The position numbers and the translations under genes are program-made. DNA of 64,000 bases from Phoronis australis (Eukaryota; Animalia; Phoronida): NCBI GenBank assembly GCA_002633005.1, contig NMRA01000025.1:531502-595501 (forward strand), written 5' to 3'. Below the pieces are notes generated by a model. The model was not told the origin of the DNA. It ran no database searches and was given only the letters and a program-made list of their open reading frames with translations. Shown piece by piece: positions 11,401 through 23,800 of the stretch. Every line of letters starts with the position of its first letter. Within the stretch, counting starts at the first letter, position 1.

Positions 11401-14400
11401 GGCTACACTGACTGCAAGCCTGATAACATTGGGGTGTTGCCAAAAGACACATTTTGCAGGTGGGAATTTGAAAATTAAACACTAGCTTGAAGTTCGATGC
11501 TAAAATCTATCAAGTGTAAGTTGTTTTAATACACAGGGATTATATGTGAAGTTTTGCTAATCAGTTCTCTTATGGATTCCCATAGTTAACAAGATGGAAT
11601 GTTAAAGTAAATAATTTATTTATAAGTCCGTTATTTGTTTTAACACACATTGACAACTATTTTGAACGAGTCAGCTGCAAAATGTGTACATTTCGCTTGG
11701 GAAGGATCACAGGAGACACATTATCTGTAGTTAATTATAACATTGACAATCAGTGGAAGCAGGAATACCTTTCTGTGTCCAACTCTTTGTTGATATCCGC
11801 TTTCTGAAGCTGGATGATGTGATTCGAGACTCTGTCTCATGAACGACATCCGAGTTGGACTCATAGATACACTTTGGTGGTGCGGTGTCAACCATGAGGC
11901 TGCAATATAACACACCTGGTATTGAAGATGGCTGCAGATTACAGTAATCATTCATGTTAACATTCACACTAGGCTGAATGGACACTCCAGAATATTCAAC
12001 AGCAGGGCTGCCTTCCTTAGTATTAACATTTGCCTTATTAATCGTCCACCCCAATAGAGGGTGGTGTGCTATTTGGTTTTACCAGAAATTAGCAATGTGT
12101 TGAATGCATGAATTGTAACCCATTCAACCTCCGAGGCCACGTTGTCAGAGTTTGAATTTTGCAGTAGCCAAAATTACTCACAACACCAAGATATTTTACT
12201 GAAGACACTGAACAGCTTCTCAATGCCGAAATGTTACCTTTTGTACTGCTAGGCAGTAAAATAGATACCAGACTTTCCTGTCCAAATACACAATTCAGAA
12301 GCAGAGATTACTACATGAAGTAAGAAGTACTTTCTTTGAGAACTTCATCACAAAATATCAGAATTGCGAAGTTGTAGCCTATGTCTATGATCAAATATAA
12401 GGTCTACAAATACCCACCTGTCCTCGTTCAGTATGATCTCTCCGTCTTCACCAATCTTCAGCTGAGGGGCCATCACAGTCTGATCTGTCTCATCCTGATC
12501 CACATCATCGCTCTTTAGTGTCCTGGCTGCAGGGACTGCCGCAACGCCCACATCTCCCCCGTCGTCTGCCATCTTCCTCTTCTTCCTGGCATCGTCGGAG
12601 TTTCTGTAAAGGAAAATTATAAACAGCATGCCGTGCGTAATATAACAAGTTTTAACCTGATAAGATCCCAATAACTCAAAAGCGGAGGACTAGCAAGGTT
12701 AATCTCTGGCAACAAGTGGGAAGTGTACTTTAAGAAAGCGATATTGACATGAGCTTCAGATGGCAGGAGAGCATGGATCGTCATGGAAACGAACAGGTGA
12801 AATAGAATGGTAAAAGAAGACTTGAAATGATTACAATAATGAAATAAATGTCGTTTGGGATTGGGTGCCTTGGTGGAACATACAAACAGCAAATGCTTAA
12901 ANAATTGCCACTAGGGGGCACACCGGTAGTCAGATCCGTCCGAAAGTTCGCACATGCCGTCCCATTCATGAATGGAACATATGTGCCAAATTTCATGAAC
13001 GTATGTCAAAGGGTTTTGGAGATAGAGCAGCGGACGCCGGACGCCGGACGGACGCCGCCCGGACAGAGATGACGGCATAATGCGTCCACATATAAATATG
13101 TGGGCACATAAAAAACTAAAATTGCAACTCGGGGGCACACCGGTAGACCCATCAGTCCGAAAGTCGTCGTCGTCTGTTGTCAACTTTATATAAATACATT
13201 TGCTAAATTTAATAAAGATCCTGTAGAGCATTTAGGAGATACAGCCATGGGCACAAACACTAACAAAACTGCCACTAGGAGGCACCACAGAAGTCGAAGT
13301 CATTGGAAAATCATCGTCAACTGTATTCTTCATAGTAAGACCATACATGCCAATTTTCACAATCATCCTTAGACTGATTCTGTTGTTAGAGGGGTGGACG
13401 CCAAAAAAATGACTCGAAAATAGTAAAACTGGCCACTAGATGGTGCAAAATCCATCGAAGCAATCCAAAAACGAGAGGATAGCGTCAACTCATTAATAGA
13501 TGCCTATATACCAAATTTCATGAAAATCGGTTACAGAGGCAAACGTAAAAAACTAAAATTGCCACTAGGGGGCACAGTGGTCCTTGGGTCGGTCCGAAAC
13601 TCGTCGACCCCATAGAAACACACCTGCCACATTTCAATACGATCCTGCATGGGGTTTAGGAGATACAGCCGCGGACGCCGGACGCCCAGACAGAGATGAC
13701 GGCAATATGCAACCACATATAAATATGTGGACCTATAAAAACGAATTTCAACGCTATGCTTACAAATTTCCCAAGAAGTTAAATCACAGGCAAAGTGAGA
13801 AGCTCCAATGGCAATCAAGTAGAAAAAGAACATTTGGTGCTAAACCGAAGGCTGTGTGAAATCCATAATACAATAACAGCTAAAAGTATTGCCTCAAAAT
13901 AACCAAGAATTCCCCGTTATGGCAGCTGCGCAGTAGCTGAATTCACCGTAACAGTAATCTTTCTTCATGACCGAAAATGAAGAAAAATTAACAGGCAAAA
14001 GTGGCTAAGCCATTTTCTTTTTAGAATTTTGTCACCTTGATGGTTATTTTTGCAGTTAAAAGAATTAGCCTTCAAAGTGGATAAAGGGTGTTTTGTCCGA
14101 TTCCTTTGCCTTAAATGCCCAATTACAAAGTACAGTTGGTTTGCAAATAAGAAAAACATGACAACTTACAGAATTTAGTGGGTGAAATATGGAGAAGACA
14201 TCTAAATAAGCAATAGAAATCACTAACATTATTAATAAGTGAAGGGTCCACAGGTTACCATAGCTCAACCGACATTTCCAAACCTTTAGTTTTTGCAAAA
14301 CAATCAATAAAATTGGTTTCAAAAAAATCTTGGAAATGCTAGTGCCCCACTTCAGATTTTTAAAAGACCCACGTGATTACACCCATCCTAAAGACCCAAG

Positions 14401-17099
14401 TGATTACATCCATCCTTACTTCATGGGATTACTTGTTGGGTTCCAGTAGATGAGATCTTTCATGGTCATCTTACTTTTATCCGGGGGCTCGGCACTCCGC
14501 GCTACCTTTTTCCTCCTTCTTGTCTTCACTGGTGCCTAAATAAAAAAGAATTCTCAAAAATTTTAAATTTTACCAAGAAGACAACAATTTCTCCAAATAC
14601 GCCAAAAATGATGTTTTAAGTCCACGAGCTGTTTTGTTAAGCTTAAACAAACTTTTTAAAACCTTTTTCTGATGCTTGAATGTTGGAAAACTCAAAATTA
14701 TTTTGTTGAAAATATACTTACCGGTACAATCTTACTTGATCTATTTGTTGCAGTTTGAAGTTGTAGAAATATCAATTAACACAAATGCAGGGTTTTTTTG
14801 TTTACATTTTTGTCGAAGGAACTAAACAAACAACACAATGAACGTTGTTGAGTCTAAATCATTGCACAGAAACACTAAAACTTACAGGTAGTAAATTAGT
14901 GTAGCATATATGTACACCTAGCAAGATTAGTGACAGTTAGTGACTCTGACCATGGAAATGTTCATACACAGTTAATTTAAAGCTGGTAAAAGTATTACCT
15001 ATAACTTATTTCATATATCTACAAGAACTCTCCTCTCAGTTTCATTATTCATTCAACATTACGACTAAACAAGGAAATACAACATACAAGGAAAAACAAG
15101 GAAATACACACCCAGAAAAAAATACTCATGTGAAAAACAAATTAAGTGACAATATCATTGTTATCAAGACGGTCTACTGTTATGTATTATCATTTATCAC
15201 TCTCATCATCATTATCAATATCATTATTATTATTATTATTATTATTANNNNNNNNNNNNNNNNNNNNNNNNNNNNNNNNNNNNNNNNNNNNNNNNNNNNN
15301 NNNNNNNNNNNNNNNNNNNNNNNNNNNNNNNNNNNNNNNNNNNNNNNNNNNNNNNNNNNNNNNNNNNNNNNNNNNNNNNNNNNNNNNNNNNNNNNNNNNN
15401 AGCGTCAACTCATTAATAGATGCCTATATACCAAATTTCATGAAAATCGGTTGAAGACGTAAACGTAAAAAACTAAAATTGCCACTAGGGGGCACAGTGG
15501 TACTTGGGTCGCTCCGAAACTCGTCCACCCCATAGAAACACACCTGCCACATTTCAATACGATCCTGCATGGGGTTTAGGAGATACAGCCGCGGACGCCG
15601 GACGCCCAGACAGAGATGACGGCAATATGCGACCACATATAAATATGTGTACCTATAAAAACGAATTTCAACGCTATGCTTACAAATTTCCCAAGAAGTT
15701 AAATCACAGGCAAAGTGAGAAGCTCCAATAGCAATCAAGTAGAAAAAGAATATTTGGTGCTAAACCGAAGGCTGTGTGAAATCCATAATACAATAACAGC
15801 TAAAAGTATTGCGACAAAATAACCAAGAATTCCCCGTTATGGCGGATGCGCAGTAGCTGAATTCACCGTAAGAGCAATCTTTCTTCATGACCGAGAATGA
15901 AGAAAAATTAACAGGCAAAAGTGGCTAAGCCATTTTCTTTTTAGAATTTTGTCACCTTGATGGTTATTTTTGCAGTTAAAAGAATTAGCCTTCAAAGTGG
16001 ATAAAGGGTGTTTTGTCCGATTCCTTTGCCTTAAATTCCCAATTACAAAGTACAATTGGTTTGCAAATAAGAAAAACACGACAACTTACAGAATTTAGTG
16101 TGTGAAACATGAAGAAGACATCTAAATAGAAATCACTAACATTATTAATAAGTGAAAGGTCCACAGGTTACCATACCTCATCCGACATTTCCAAACCTTT
16201 AGTTTTTGCAAAACAATCAATAAAATTGGTTTCAAAAAAATCTTGGAAATGCTAGTGCCCCTCTTCAGATTTTTAAAAGACCCACGCGATTACATCCATC
16301 CTTACTTCATGGGATTACTTGTTGGGTTCCAGTAGATGAGATCTTTCATGGTCATCTTACTTTTATCCGGGGGCTCAGCACTCCGCGCTACCTTTTTCCT
16401 CCTTCTTGTCTTCACTGGTGCCTAAATAAAAAGAATTCTCAAAAATTTGAAATTTTACCAAGAAGACAAGAATTTCTCCAAAAACGCCAAAAATGATGTT
16501 TTAAGTCCACGAGCTGTTTTGTTAAGCTTAAACAAACTTTTGAATTTTCTGATGCTTGAATGTTGGAAAACTCAAAATTATTTTGTTGAAAATATACTTA
16601 CCGGTACAATCTTACTTGATCTATTTGTTGCAGTTTGAAGTTGTAGAAATATCAATTAACACAAATGCAGGGTTTTTTGTTTACATTTTTGTCGAAGGAA
16701 CTAAACAAACAACGCAATGAACGTTGTTGAGTCTAAATCATTGCACAGAAACACTAAAACTTACAGGTAGTAAAATAGTGTAGCATATATGTACACCTAG
16801 CAAGATTAGTGACAGTTAGTGACTCTGACCATGGAAATGTTCATACACAGTTAATTTAAAGCTGGTAAAAGTATTACCTATAACTTATTTCATATATCTA
16901 CAAGAACTCTCCTCTCAGTTTCATTATTCATTCAACATTACGACTAAACAAGGAAATACAACATACAAGGAAAAACAAGGAAATACACACCCAGAAAAAA
17001 ATACTCATGTGAAAAACAAATCAAGTGACAATATCATTGTTATCAAGACGGTCTACTGTTATGTATTATCATTTATCACTCTCATCATCATTATCAATA

Positions 17100-17135
<36 letters not shown>

Positions 17136-20106
17136 ATACCATTTTCATTAACATCAGACACATAACTACTGCTACCTTCTTGACAGGAATCTCATCCTTT
17201 TCGATCACTTTACTGGCTCGTCCATGGCTGACAGCATCAGCCTCCACAGGTTTCTCACTGTTAGGTATTTGGGTGGGGACAAACGGCACTCTATCAGTAG
17301 TCACTACCTCTGATGATGACAAAGTGCTGAGGAACAAGGGAGACAACCATCAAACAAATGTGTACATAGTCCACTAACAGTCACAACAGAAGTTGAACTC
17401 CATAACTATAATATCAACTCCTATGCTGCATGGCAACAAATCCTTTTATTCTGGACCCCATTGTTTCCTACAAATTCCGAGAGAACTGGACCATATCTTA
17501 ATGGTGCCTAAAATTATGGACATCATTTCTTCACGGAAAGTAAAGATGTTGCTTGTTTTCCTGGAAAAGTTTTAAAGCGAGAAATTTATGTGACCATCCT
17601 TAAGCAAGCAATTTTATGGTCAGAACATGCAAAGTCATCAGCATATCTATTTTGAAACCTGCGCTGCCAAAACATACTTTCACGTTTAAAACAAGCCTTA
17701 AAATCCAGGTCCACAGAGAACATCCCCATGATGTCGTTTTACCTGGTTGCTATGGTGACGACCCTCTGTACAGGAGGAGGGTGTTTCTTTAGCTCATCTT
17801 CGTTGTCCGAGTGTCCAACTGAGGCATGCCTATAAAAAGATGCCATTAAATGTCACAAGCTGTGCAGCTAAACACCACAATCTCACTACAAGAGCAACGC
17901 GGAGCGTCTAAATGTACCCACGAATGCATTCCAAATGGTGTGCTTTTAGGGTTGTTTATTTATCAAAAAAATGGTCGCTAAATGGCGCAAAAATGTACAA
18001 TCCATCCGAAAACGGGAACATGTCACTGCTTCATGGCACTTCAGAGAAACAAAGGAAAACAACATAAAACGAAATTGCCACTAAGATGCACACTGTTCAT
18101 TGGATCTGTCTGAAAGTCGTCATTGCCTGTTGTTAGCTTTATATAAATACACTGATTAAATTTAATAAAGATCCTGCAGTGGGTTTAAGAGATAGAGCCA
18201 TGGGCGCAAAACAAAACAAAACTACCACTAGGAGGCACCACAGTAGTCAAAGTTGTCATCGTCAACCGTCCTCTTCACACTGAGAATATATACGCCAACT
18301 TTCAAAACCATCCTTAGAACGATTTGCCAAAAAACAAAACCCGAAAAAAACAAAAATGGCCACTAGGTGGCGCAAAATACCTTGATTCCATCCAAAAACG
18401 AGAGGATAGCCTCATCTCACCAATAGATGTCCGCAATCAAAATTTTATGAAAATCCGTGGAGGACCTTTGAAAATACAACTAACTCTCACTCAGCCCATG
18501 GCAGCGGAGAATATTCCAATCAAAGCAAACAACTAACTCTCACTCAGCCCATGGCAGCGGAGAATATTCCAATCAAAGCAAACAACTAACTCTCACTCAG
18601 CCCATGGCAGAGGAGAATATTCCAATCAAAGCAAACAACTAACTCTCACTCAGCCCATGGCAGAGGAGAATATTCCAATCAAAGCAAACAACTAACTCTC
18701 ACTCAGCCCATGGCAGAGGAGAATATTCCAATCAAAGCAAACAACTAACTCTCACTCAGCCCATGGCAGTGGAGAATATTCCAATCAAAGCAAACAACTA
18801 ACTCTCACTCAGCCCATGGCAGTGGAGAATATTCCAATCAAAGCAAACAACTAACTCTCACTCAGCCCATGGCAGTGGAGAATATTCCAATCAAAGCAAA
18901 CAACTAACTCTCACTCAGCCCATGGCAGTGGAGAATATTCCAATCAAAGCAAACAACTAACTCTCACTCAGCCCATGGCAGTGGAGAATATTCCAATCAA
19001 AGCAAACAACTAACTCTCACTCAGCCCATGGCAGTGGAGAATATTCCAATCAAAGCAAACAACTAACTCTCACTCAGCCCATGGCAGTGGAGAATATTCC
19101 AATCAAAGCAAACAACTAACTCTCACTCAGCCCATGGCAGTGGAGAATATTCCAATCAAAGCAAACAACTAACTCTCACTCAGCCCATGGCAGTGGAGAA
19201 TATTCCAATCAAAGCAAACAACTAACTCTCACTCAGCCCATGGCAGTGGAGAATATTCCAATCAAAGCAAACAACTAACTCTCACTCAGCCCATGGCAGT
19301 GGAGAATATTCCAATCAAAGCAAACAACTAACTCTCACTCAGCCCATGGCAGTGGAGAATATTCCAATCAAAGCAAACAACTAACTCTCACTCAGCCCAT
19401 GGCAGTGGAGAATATTCCAATCAAAGCAAACAACTAACTCTCACTCAGCTCAATGGTGTTATCGAGTGTAATTAGGAATTCCAACTTTCAACTTAACGAC
19501 CCAATGGGGTTCCAACCCTAAACATATGATTTTCAAAGAAGGCGCTGCATGGATTTATAATAAGCCCTGCTGAACCTCCCAATTGTGTGCTTAGAATTTC
19601 TACTACCAAATCCCTAAATGCCCCTCCCCCCACACAGTACAGGTGAACTAGAAGTATGAATACCGTTTTCGTTGTCGCGACAAATCACCACCAATGTTTG
19701 GCTTAGCTTTAGGGAATCTGCTCCTGACTCTTGGTGGTCCAGTTTTGTCCGCGTCCTGCTTTGCAGTGGAGGCTTCTTTTGCCTCGGGCTCAGGTTGTTG
19801 ACTGATATTCCTTTCACATGCACTGTCCCCACGTGGGTCAGGAGTTATGTCCTCTGTACACTTGTCAGATGCATTGGGGGTTGGTGCAAAACTAGGAGAT
19901 TCCGTAACCCCCTTTAAAGCAGTCTCCGCTGCATCTTCAATAGTCTGTTCGCGAGGCGGAGGTTTTGGGTCCTTTTGAGCAGCTGCCTCTGCGCTCTGAG
20001 CAATCTTTTCGGGGCCTTCGGTGGGTTTTACGCTTGGCGCAGAAGTAGATTTGCCACGACCACCAAGGTTAGGTTTGATGGACAATCGGGATCGCCTAGT
20101 AGCCAT
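5408..20106 (-). CDS. BDP1: Transcription factor TFIIIB component B'' (BDP1), 712 aa; coding exons 20106-19664, 17829-17743, 17326-17176, 16421-16306, 12603-12418, 11899-11769, 10427-10333, 9431-9377, 8179-8045, 7461-7401, 6086-5408
   Basis: All introns are GT-AG and phase-consistent (2139 nt, 713 codons including the stop). Diagnostic motifs: N-terminal MATRRSRLSIKPNL, PDKSKMTMKDLIYWNPTSNPM, APQLKIGEDGEIILNEDSL, SFRKR..W, and the SANT/Myb-like ETAKFFKALSCVGTDFSMMSNLFPKRSRAELKNKYKREER...VDKA. Confidence 0.93.
6449..6551. repeat. 19-bp minisatellite in BDP1 intron
   Basis: ATTTTGAAGTATCCAGATA, about 5 near-perfect copies. Confidence 0.9.
6930..7013. repeat. 15-bp degenerate tandem repeat
   Basis: GGTACTCC(C/T)GGTCC-like unit, 5-6 copies. 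Confidence 0.8.
10661..10968. repeat. 30-bp minisatellite in BDP1 intron
   Basis: TCAACATGAAGATTCACCAATGCTAAGTTA, about 10 copies. Confidence 0.92.
12903..13740 (+). mobile_element. Composite non-autonomous interspersed repeat, Helentron-associated (HINE/DINE-1/pearl-like)
   Basis: Roughly 130-200-bp modules, each with GCCACTAG(G/A)(G/A/T)GG and a CCAAATTTCA-like motif, a CGGACGC microsatellite, and a 3' hairpin CCACATAT-AA-ATATGTGG followed by ATAAAA. Related copies lie at 15401-15660, 17888-18477, 39300-40298 (inverted) and 5295-5362 (3' end only). Confidence 0.65.
13481..17131. repeat. Apparent 1.75-kb tandem duplication (13481-15247 / 15401-17131) across an N gap, including a second copy of a BDP1 exon (14535-14420)
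   Basis: The two copies are near-identical with scattered SNPs and indels. Both end at an (ATT)n microsatellite, and they are separated by Ns at 15248-15400. Confidence 0.9.
17888..18477 (+). mobile_element. HINE-like repeat, 5' portion
   Basis: Begins ACAAGAGCAACGCGGAGC and is colinear with the reverse complement of about 39700-40298. Confidence 0.65.
18478..19450. repeat. 53-bp minisatellite, about 18 copies, in BDP1 intron
   Basis: Unit AACTAACTCTCACTCAGCCCATGGCAG[C/A/T]GGAGAATATTCCAATCAAAGCAAAC, head-to-tail with no spacers. Confidence 0.97.
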
Positions 20107-21533
20107 TACAAGTTGTAAGAGACCGAATCTAAAATGTTCATGTAAAACAATTATTGAAACCTGTCCTTTCAAAAATTGTTCAAAGCACATGAGTATATTG
20201 CAACTATCAGTACTTTAAGTCACAGCACTTCAAGTACACTTCATATGTAGGACACATTTGCATGTCATTGATGCTTTGAAATCTTTCCAATTCAAACAGG
20301 CAACATCAGGTTCTAGTCCTCAATAAGAAAATCAATTTTGAACTGCTGTATATATTTCAACATGCCCCGAAATTTAGAGAGGATTAAGGAAAGGACACTC
20401 ATCAAGCAGCAGTGCTGAGAGAAGGCAGTGCAAACGCGTGACCTGGCTAGCTGATGCCTGCCCTTGAACGGTAACTGTAGGATTTCCTCCAGGTGGTTGT
20501 GTAAATGCAGACAAGACCCTCAATGCCTTGATTCTGGGGCTGAATATTGGCCCCATTCCCCAATGAAAAATATATATATAATGCACTAGCCTAATAAACC
20601 AGTCTTGCTCTATGTATCCAACCTCGCCCTTCGTTTTCCTATAGTCACAAATTCCCATCAGGGACATTTACTTTTACTTGTCTTTAAGACAACTAGTAGA
20701 CGTTGATATTACAAAGAAGCAAATTATAACCAAGTAACACCATTTATGATGTCATAAGAACCTAACTGAATTTGATCCGGTTAGTACCATAAATAAACTA
20801 CCCTGGACACTTTTGGAACTTTACTGGGAACAAAAGAAACGACAATGTATCACTGTTTTAACCTCAACTGACACCAGCATAACTTAAACACATAGCACTT
20901 TGAGATTTTAATTCTGGACTTTCTGTATTTATTTCCCAGAGCCTAAGACAGTGAGGAGCCCAGCCCAGTCCTGAACAGGACACTCCTCCGGTTAACTTTT
21001 CTGTATTGGCTTTTGGTAGGTAACCTTCAAATTTAATACGAAAATAATAAAAATTGTTGAAAATGAAAATGTTGTCAACTTTCATTCAAGTTTTGCTGCC
21101 TGTTTCAGTCAACTTATTAAATTTCTGAAGTTATGGGAGCCAACATAGCAAGCACACAAGATGAATTTCTTTGGCAAATTATCTGGTCAAAACAACTTTT
21201 GAAAGTAACATAGTCATTACTGTCTACTGCATTGTGCTTCATATTTTTTCAATAAAAATGGTTAGAAGTGACTTCCTACTAAACGAAGAAAGACATGCGC
21301 CCTCTTTTTTCAAACTAAAATCACTTAAAATCAAACACAGCCCAAACATGTCCACACTGTCACTGGGTCATTGAGGAACATTGTAGCTTTCCAATGTGTT
21401 TGGTTTTGACTAAAATACTACAAAATTCTTGAAAATTGACTTCAACGTGGGAGCACCTGCTTCAAGTGTGCGGTTCGGATGTCCAGGAAGTGAGTGATGA
21501 AATTCACTCACTGGACACCAGTCACTCACTCAG

Positions 21534-22463
21534 TAGGCAATGACCATCGCCTCTGTTGGCCCGAACCAGAGGCGATGCAGAGGCTATAGGCGCTCTGTAC
21601 GCCGGAAGCTTTTCGGCGAATTATGCCTCGCACCGACTAAACCATCAAAGTCACGTTGTTATAAATACCTTTTGCGCATAGAGGAACACCTTAGGAGGTT
21701 GTCGATGTGTTTAATTCCTTCCAACTCGAACAAATACTCCCGTTATGAAACTTTTTCTTCGAGCAGTCCCTATTTCAGTTCTCAAAATCGTGAAATCAAA
21801 ATTTTCATTTTTTTTAACCAGGCTGAAGGTCAGAAGTTGCGATCCTACCAGCGAACTTTGAAACCTGAAGTTCCCGCCGTTTGCGTACGTGCTGCCGGGA
21901 ACCAGCCGTGCATTTGCCGTGTTGTTAAACATTAAAATGTCAAATATGTGCACAAAGACTATTAAATGTCATATCAACAGCATTTATTTTTATCAAATAC
22001 AAACAATAATTCATTGAAATACAAACAGTTTCAAGTAACGCCAATTAAAGACAAGTATAAGTGGTTGCATTTTGGAAACGAACATTTGACTGACAAGACC
22101 GCAATGGCTCACCTTTGGCCTATTTAAAAATTGAGGTGATGAAGTCACATCACCTAGCGAGCGCGGTAAAAATTGGACCGTGCGCAGTACAAAAATTTTG
22201 ATTTCACGATTTTGGGAACTGAAATAGGGACTGCTCGAAGAAAAGGTTTGATAACGGGAGTATTTGTTCGATTTGGAAGGAATTAAACACATCGACAACC
22301 TCATAAGGTGTTCCTCTATGCGTAAAAGGTATTTATAACAACGTGACTTTGATGGTTTAGTCGGTGCGAGGCATAATTCGCTGAAAAGCTTCCGGCATAC
22401 AGAGCGCCTATAGCCTCTGCATCGCCTCTGGTTCGGGCCAACAGAGGCGATGGTCATTGCCTA
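21534..22463. mobile_element. Non-autonomous DNA transposon with ~270-bp TIRs and a 9-bp TSD (Mutator-like)
   Basis: Ends are TAGGCAATGACCATCGCC...GGCGATGGTCATTGCCTA, with TIRs at about 21534-21805 and 22192-22463. Flanks are CTCACTCAG / CTCACTAAG (1 mismatch). Confidence 0.9.
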
Positions 22464-23638
22464 CTCACTAAGCAGACTCAAACCCACGGCACTGACTGGG
22501 TCATCCAGTCAGGGTTGTGCAATTCATTTCCACGACTTACGGTGAACTGAAAGTAAAGTCAGTAAGAAGCACCGTGACTGACTAGACAAAGATTGACGCA
22601 TTGTTTAGCCACTGCTTTTCAAACTTACACGTGGTTCCAACGTTATCAATTTCAGTGAAGAAACGCATACAATTGAGGTACGTCAGCCAGCTGCCATTAT
22701 CCATTATCTCGTGTGCGGAGATAACAGTAGCTTTATCAAACTCAAAATTACTCTACGTAGCGACAGGTGACGCTTTAGGCAGGTTCCTCGAGTCTCGGGC
22801 ATCGGTCGGGTGACCCGATCCAGCCTGGATACAAAGTAAAATTCTCAAGTTACATATCCTGCCCTCTTTTTAAGGCACGAGTGCACCCCTCCCCCCCGCA
22901 CAGCCCCATAACGAAAGCCACGGGCATCAATGACACTTGCTGAGTGCCACAGATACTATTGAATCTACACAGCAGGCCTAATTGTTCCGGTTATTGAACA
23001 TCTTACACTCATGCAGGCCGGCACCGGCTGAATGGCTTTTGATCGAGTGATTTGTTAGTGTTGAATACCTCTAACGGTAGCAACAATAAAGAAATTTCGC
23101 ACACATACCAGCATGGCTGTGCGTACTGGGAATTTCCAAAAAAATAGATCCACTCAAAGGTGCGCCCAACTGCATGGGCTTTTTTTCATCAGAAAGTTTT
23201 CCAAAAGTAGGCCTACCCTAATGAACGTATTGGGAAAATTTTCCAAAAGTAGTCTACGCCCACTATGGGCGTATTTTCGGTAACTGGTTGCATGTTGTGA
23301 AAATCTGATGGATTGTTCGAAAATACGTTTTGTTTTGATGTGAATTCATTTCGGCAAAACAAATATAACGGTGTGCGACTGATTTCACACTCCGGCATCG
23401 GGTGCCGTGACACAGTGTTATAACTAACCGCATTAGCACAGCAGTGAAGGACAGTATTAACGCACTGTGTTTGTTGAATGCGAATTAAGTACGGATAAAT
23501 AAAGTTAATTAAACTATGTATAACTTTTTAATTGATTCTTTATCAGTGCAACCAATAGTCTTAATTTTAGGACAACATTTACAGAAGGGCTTAACTCACT
23601 AGCTTTTACTTCTTTAAAAACAGTGTTGAGTTACTAAT

Positions 23639-23800
23639 CAGGGGCGGATCCAGGATTTTGAGTAAGGGGGGCCAGGGCAGCATATTAGCCAGGATTTTGC
23701 CCGTCAGACATTGTACCTCCGAACTGCCTAATGGAATCTGGGAGAATTTTAGGGCCGGGGTGCAAGATGGTCCCCTTGGCCCCCTCTAAATCCGTCAATG
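23639..23800. mobile_element. MITE with CAG(G/T)GGCGGAT termini (hAT-like)
   Basis: CAGGGGCGGATCC...AATCCGTCAATG with flanks CTAAT/CTTAT. Related copies lie at about 34637-34788, 38550-38706 and 1680-1750. Confidence 0.7.

Noticed and set aside
18478-19450. Possible CRISPR array
   Set aside because: Units are head-to-tail with no unique spacers, there are no cas genes, and the context is a eukaryotic intron.
21540-22457. ORFs 'MTIASVGPNQRRC...' (also at 37147 and 38531)
   Set aside because: They are translations of the transposon TIRs and have no transposase motifs.
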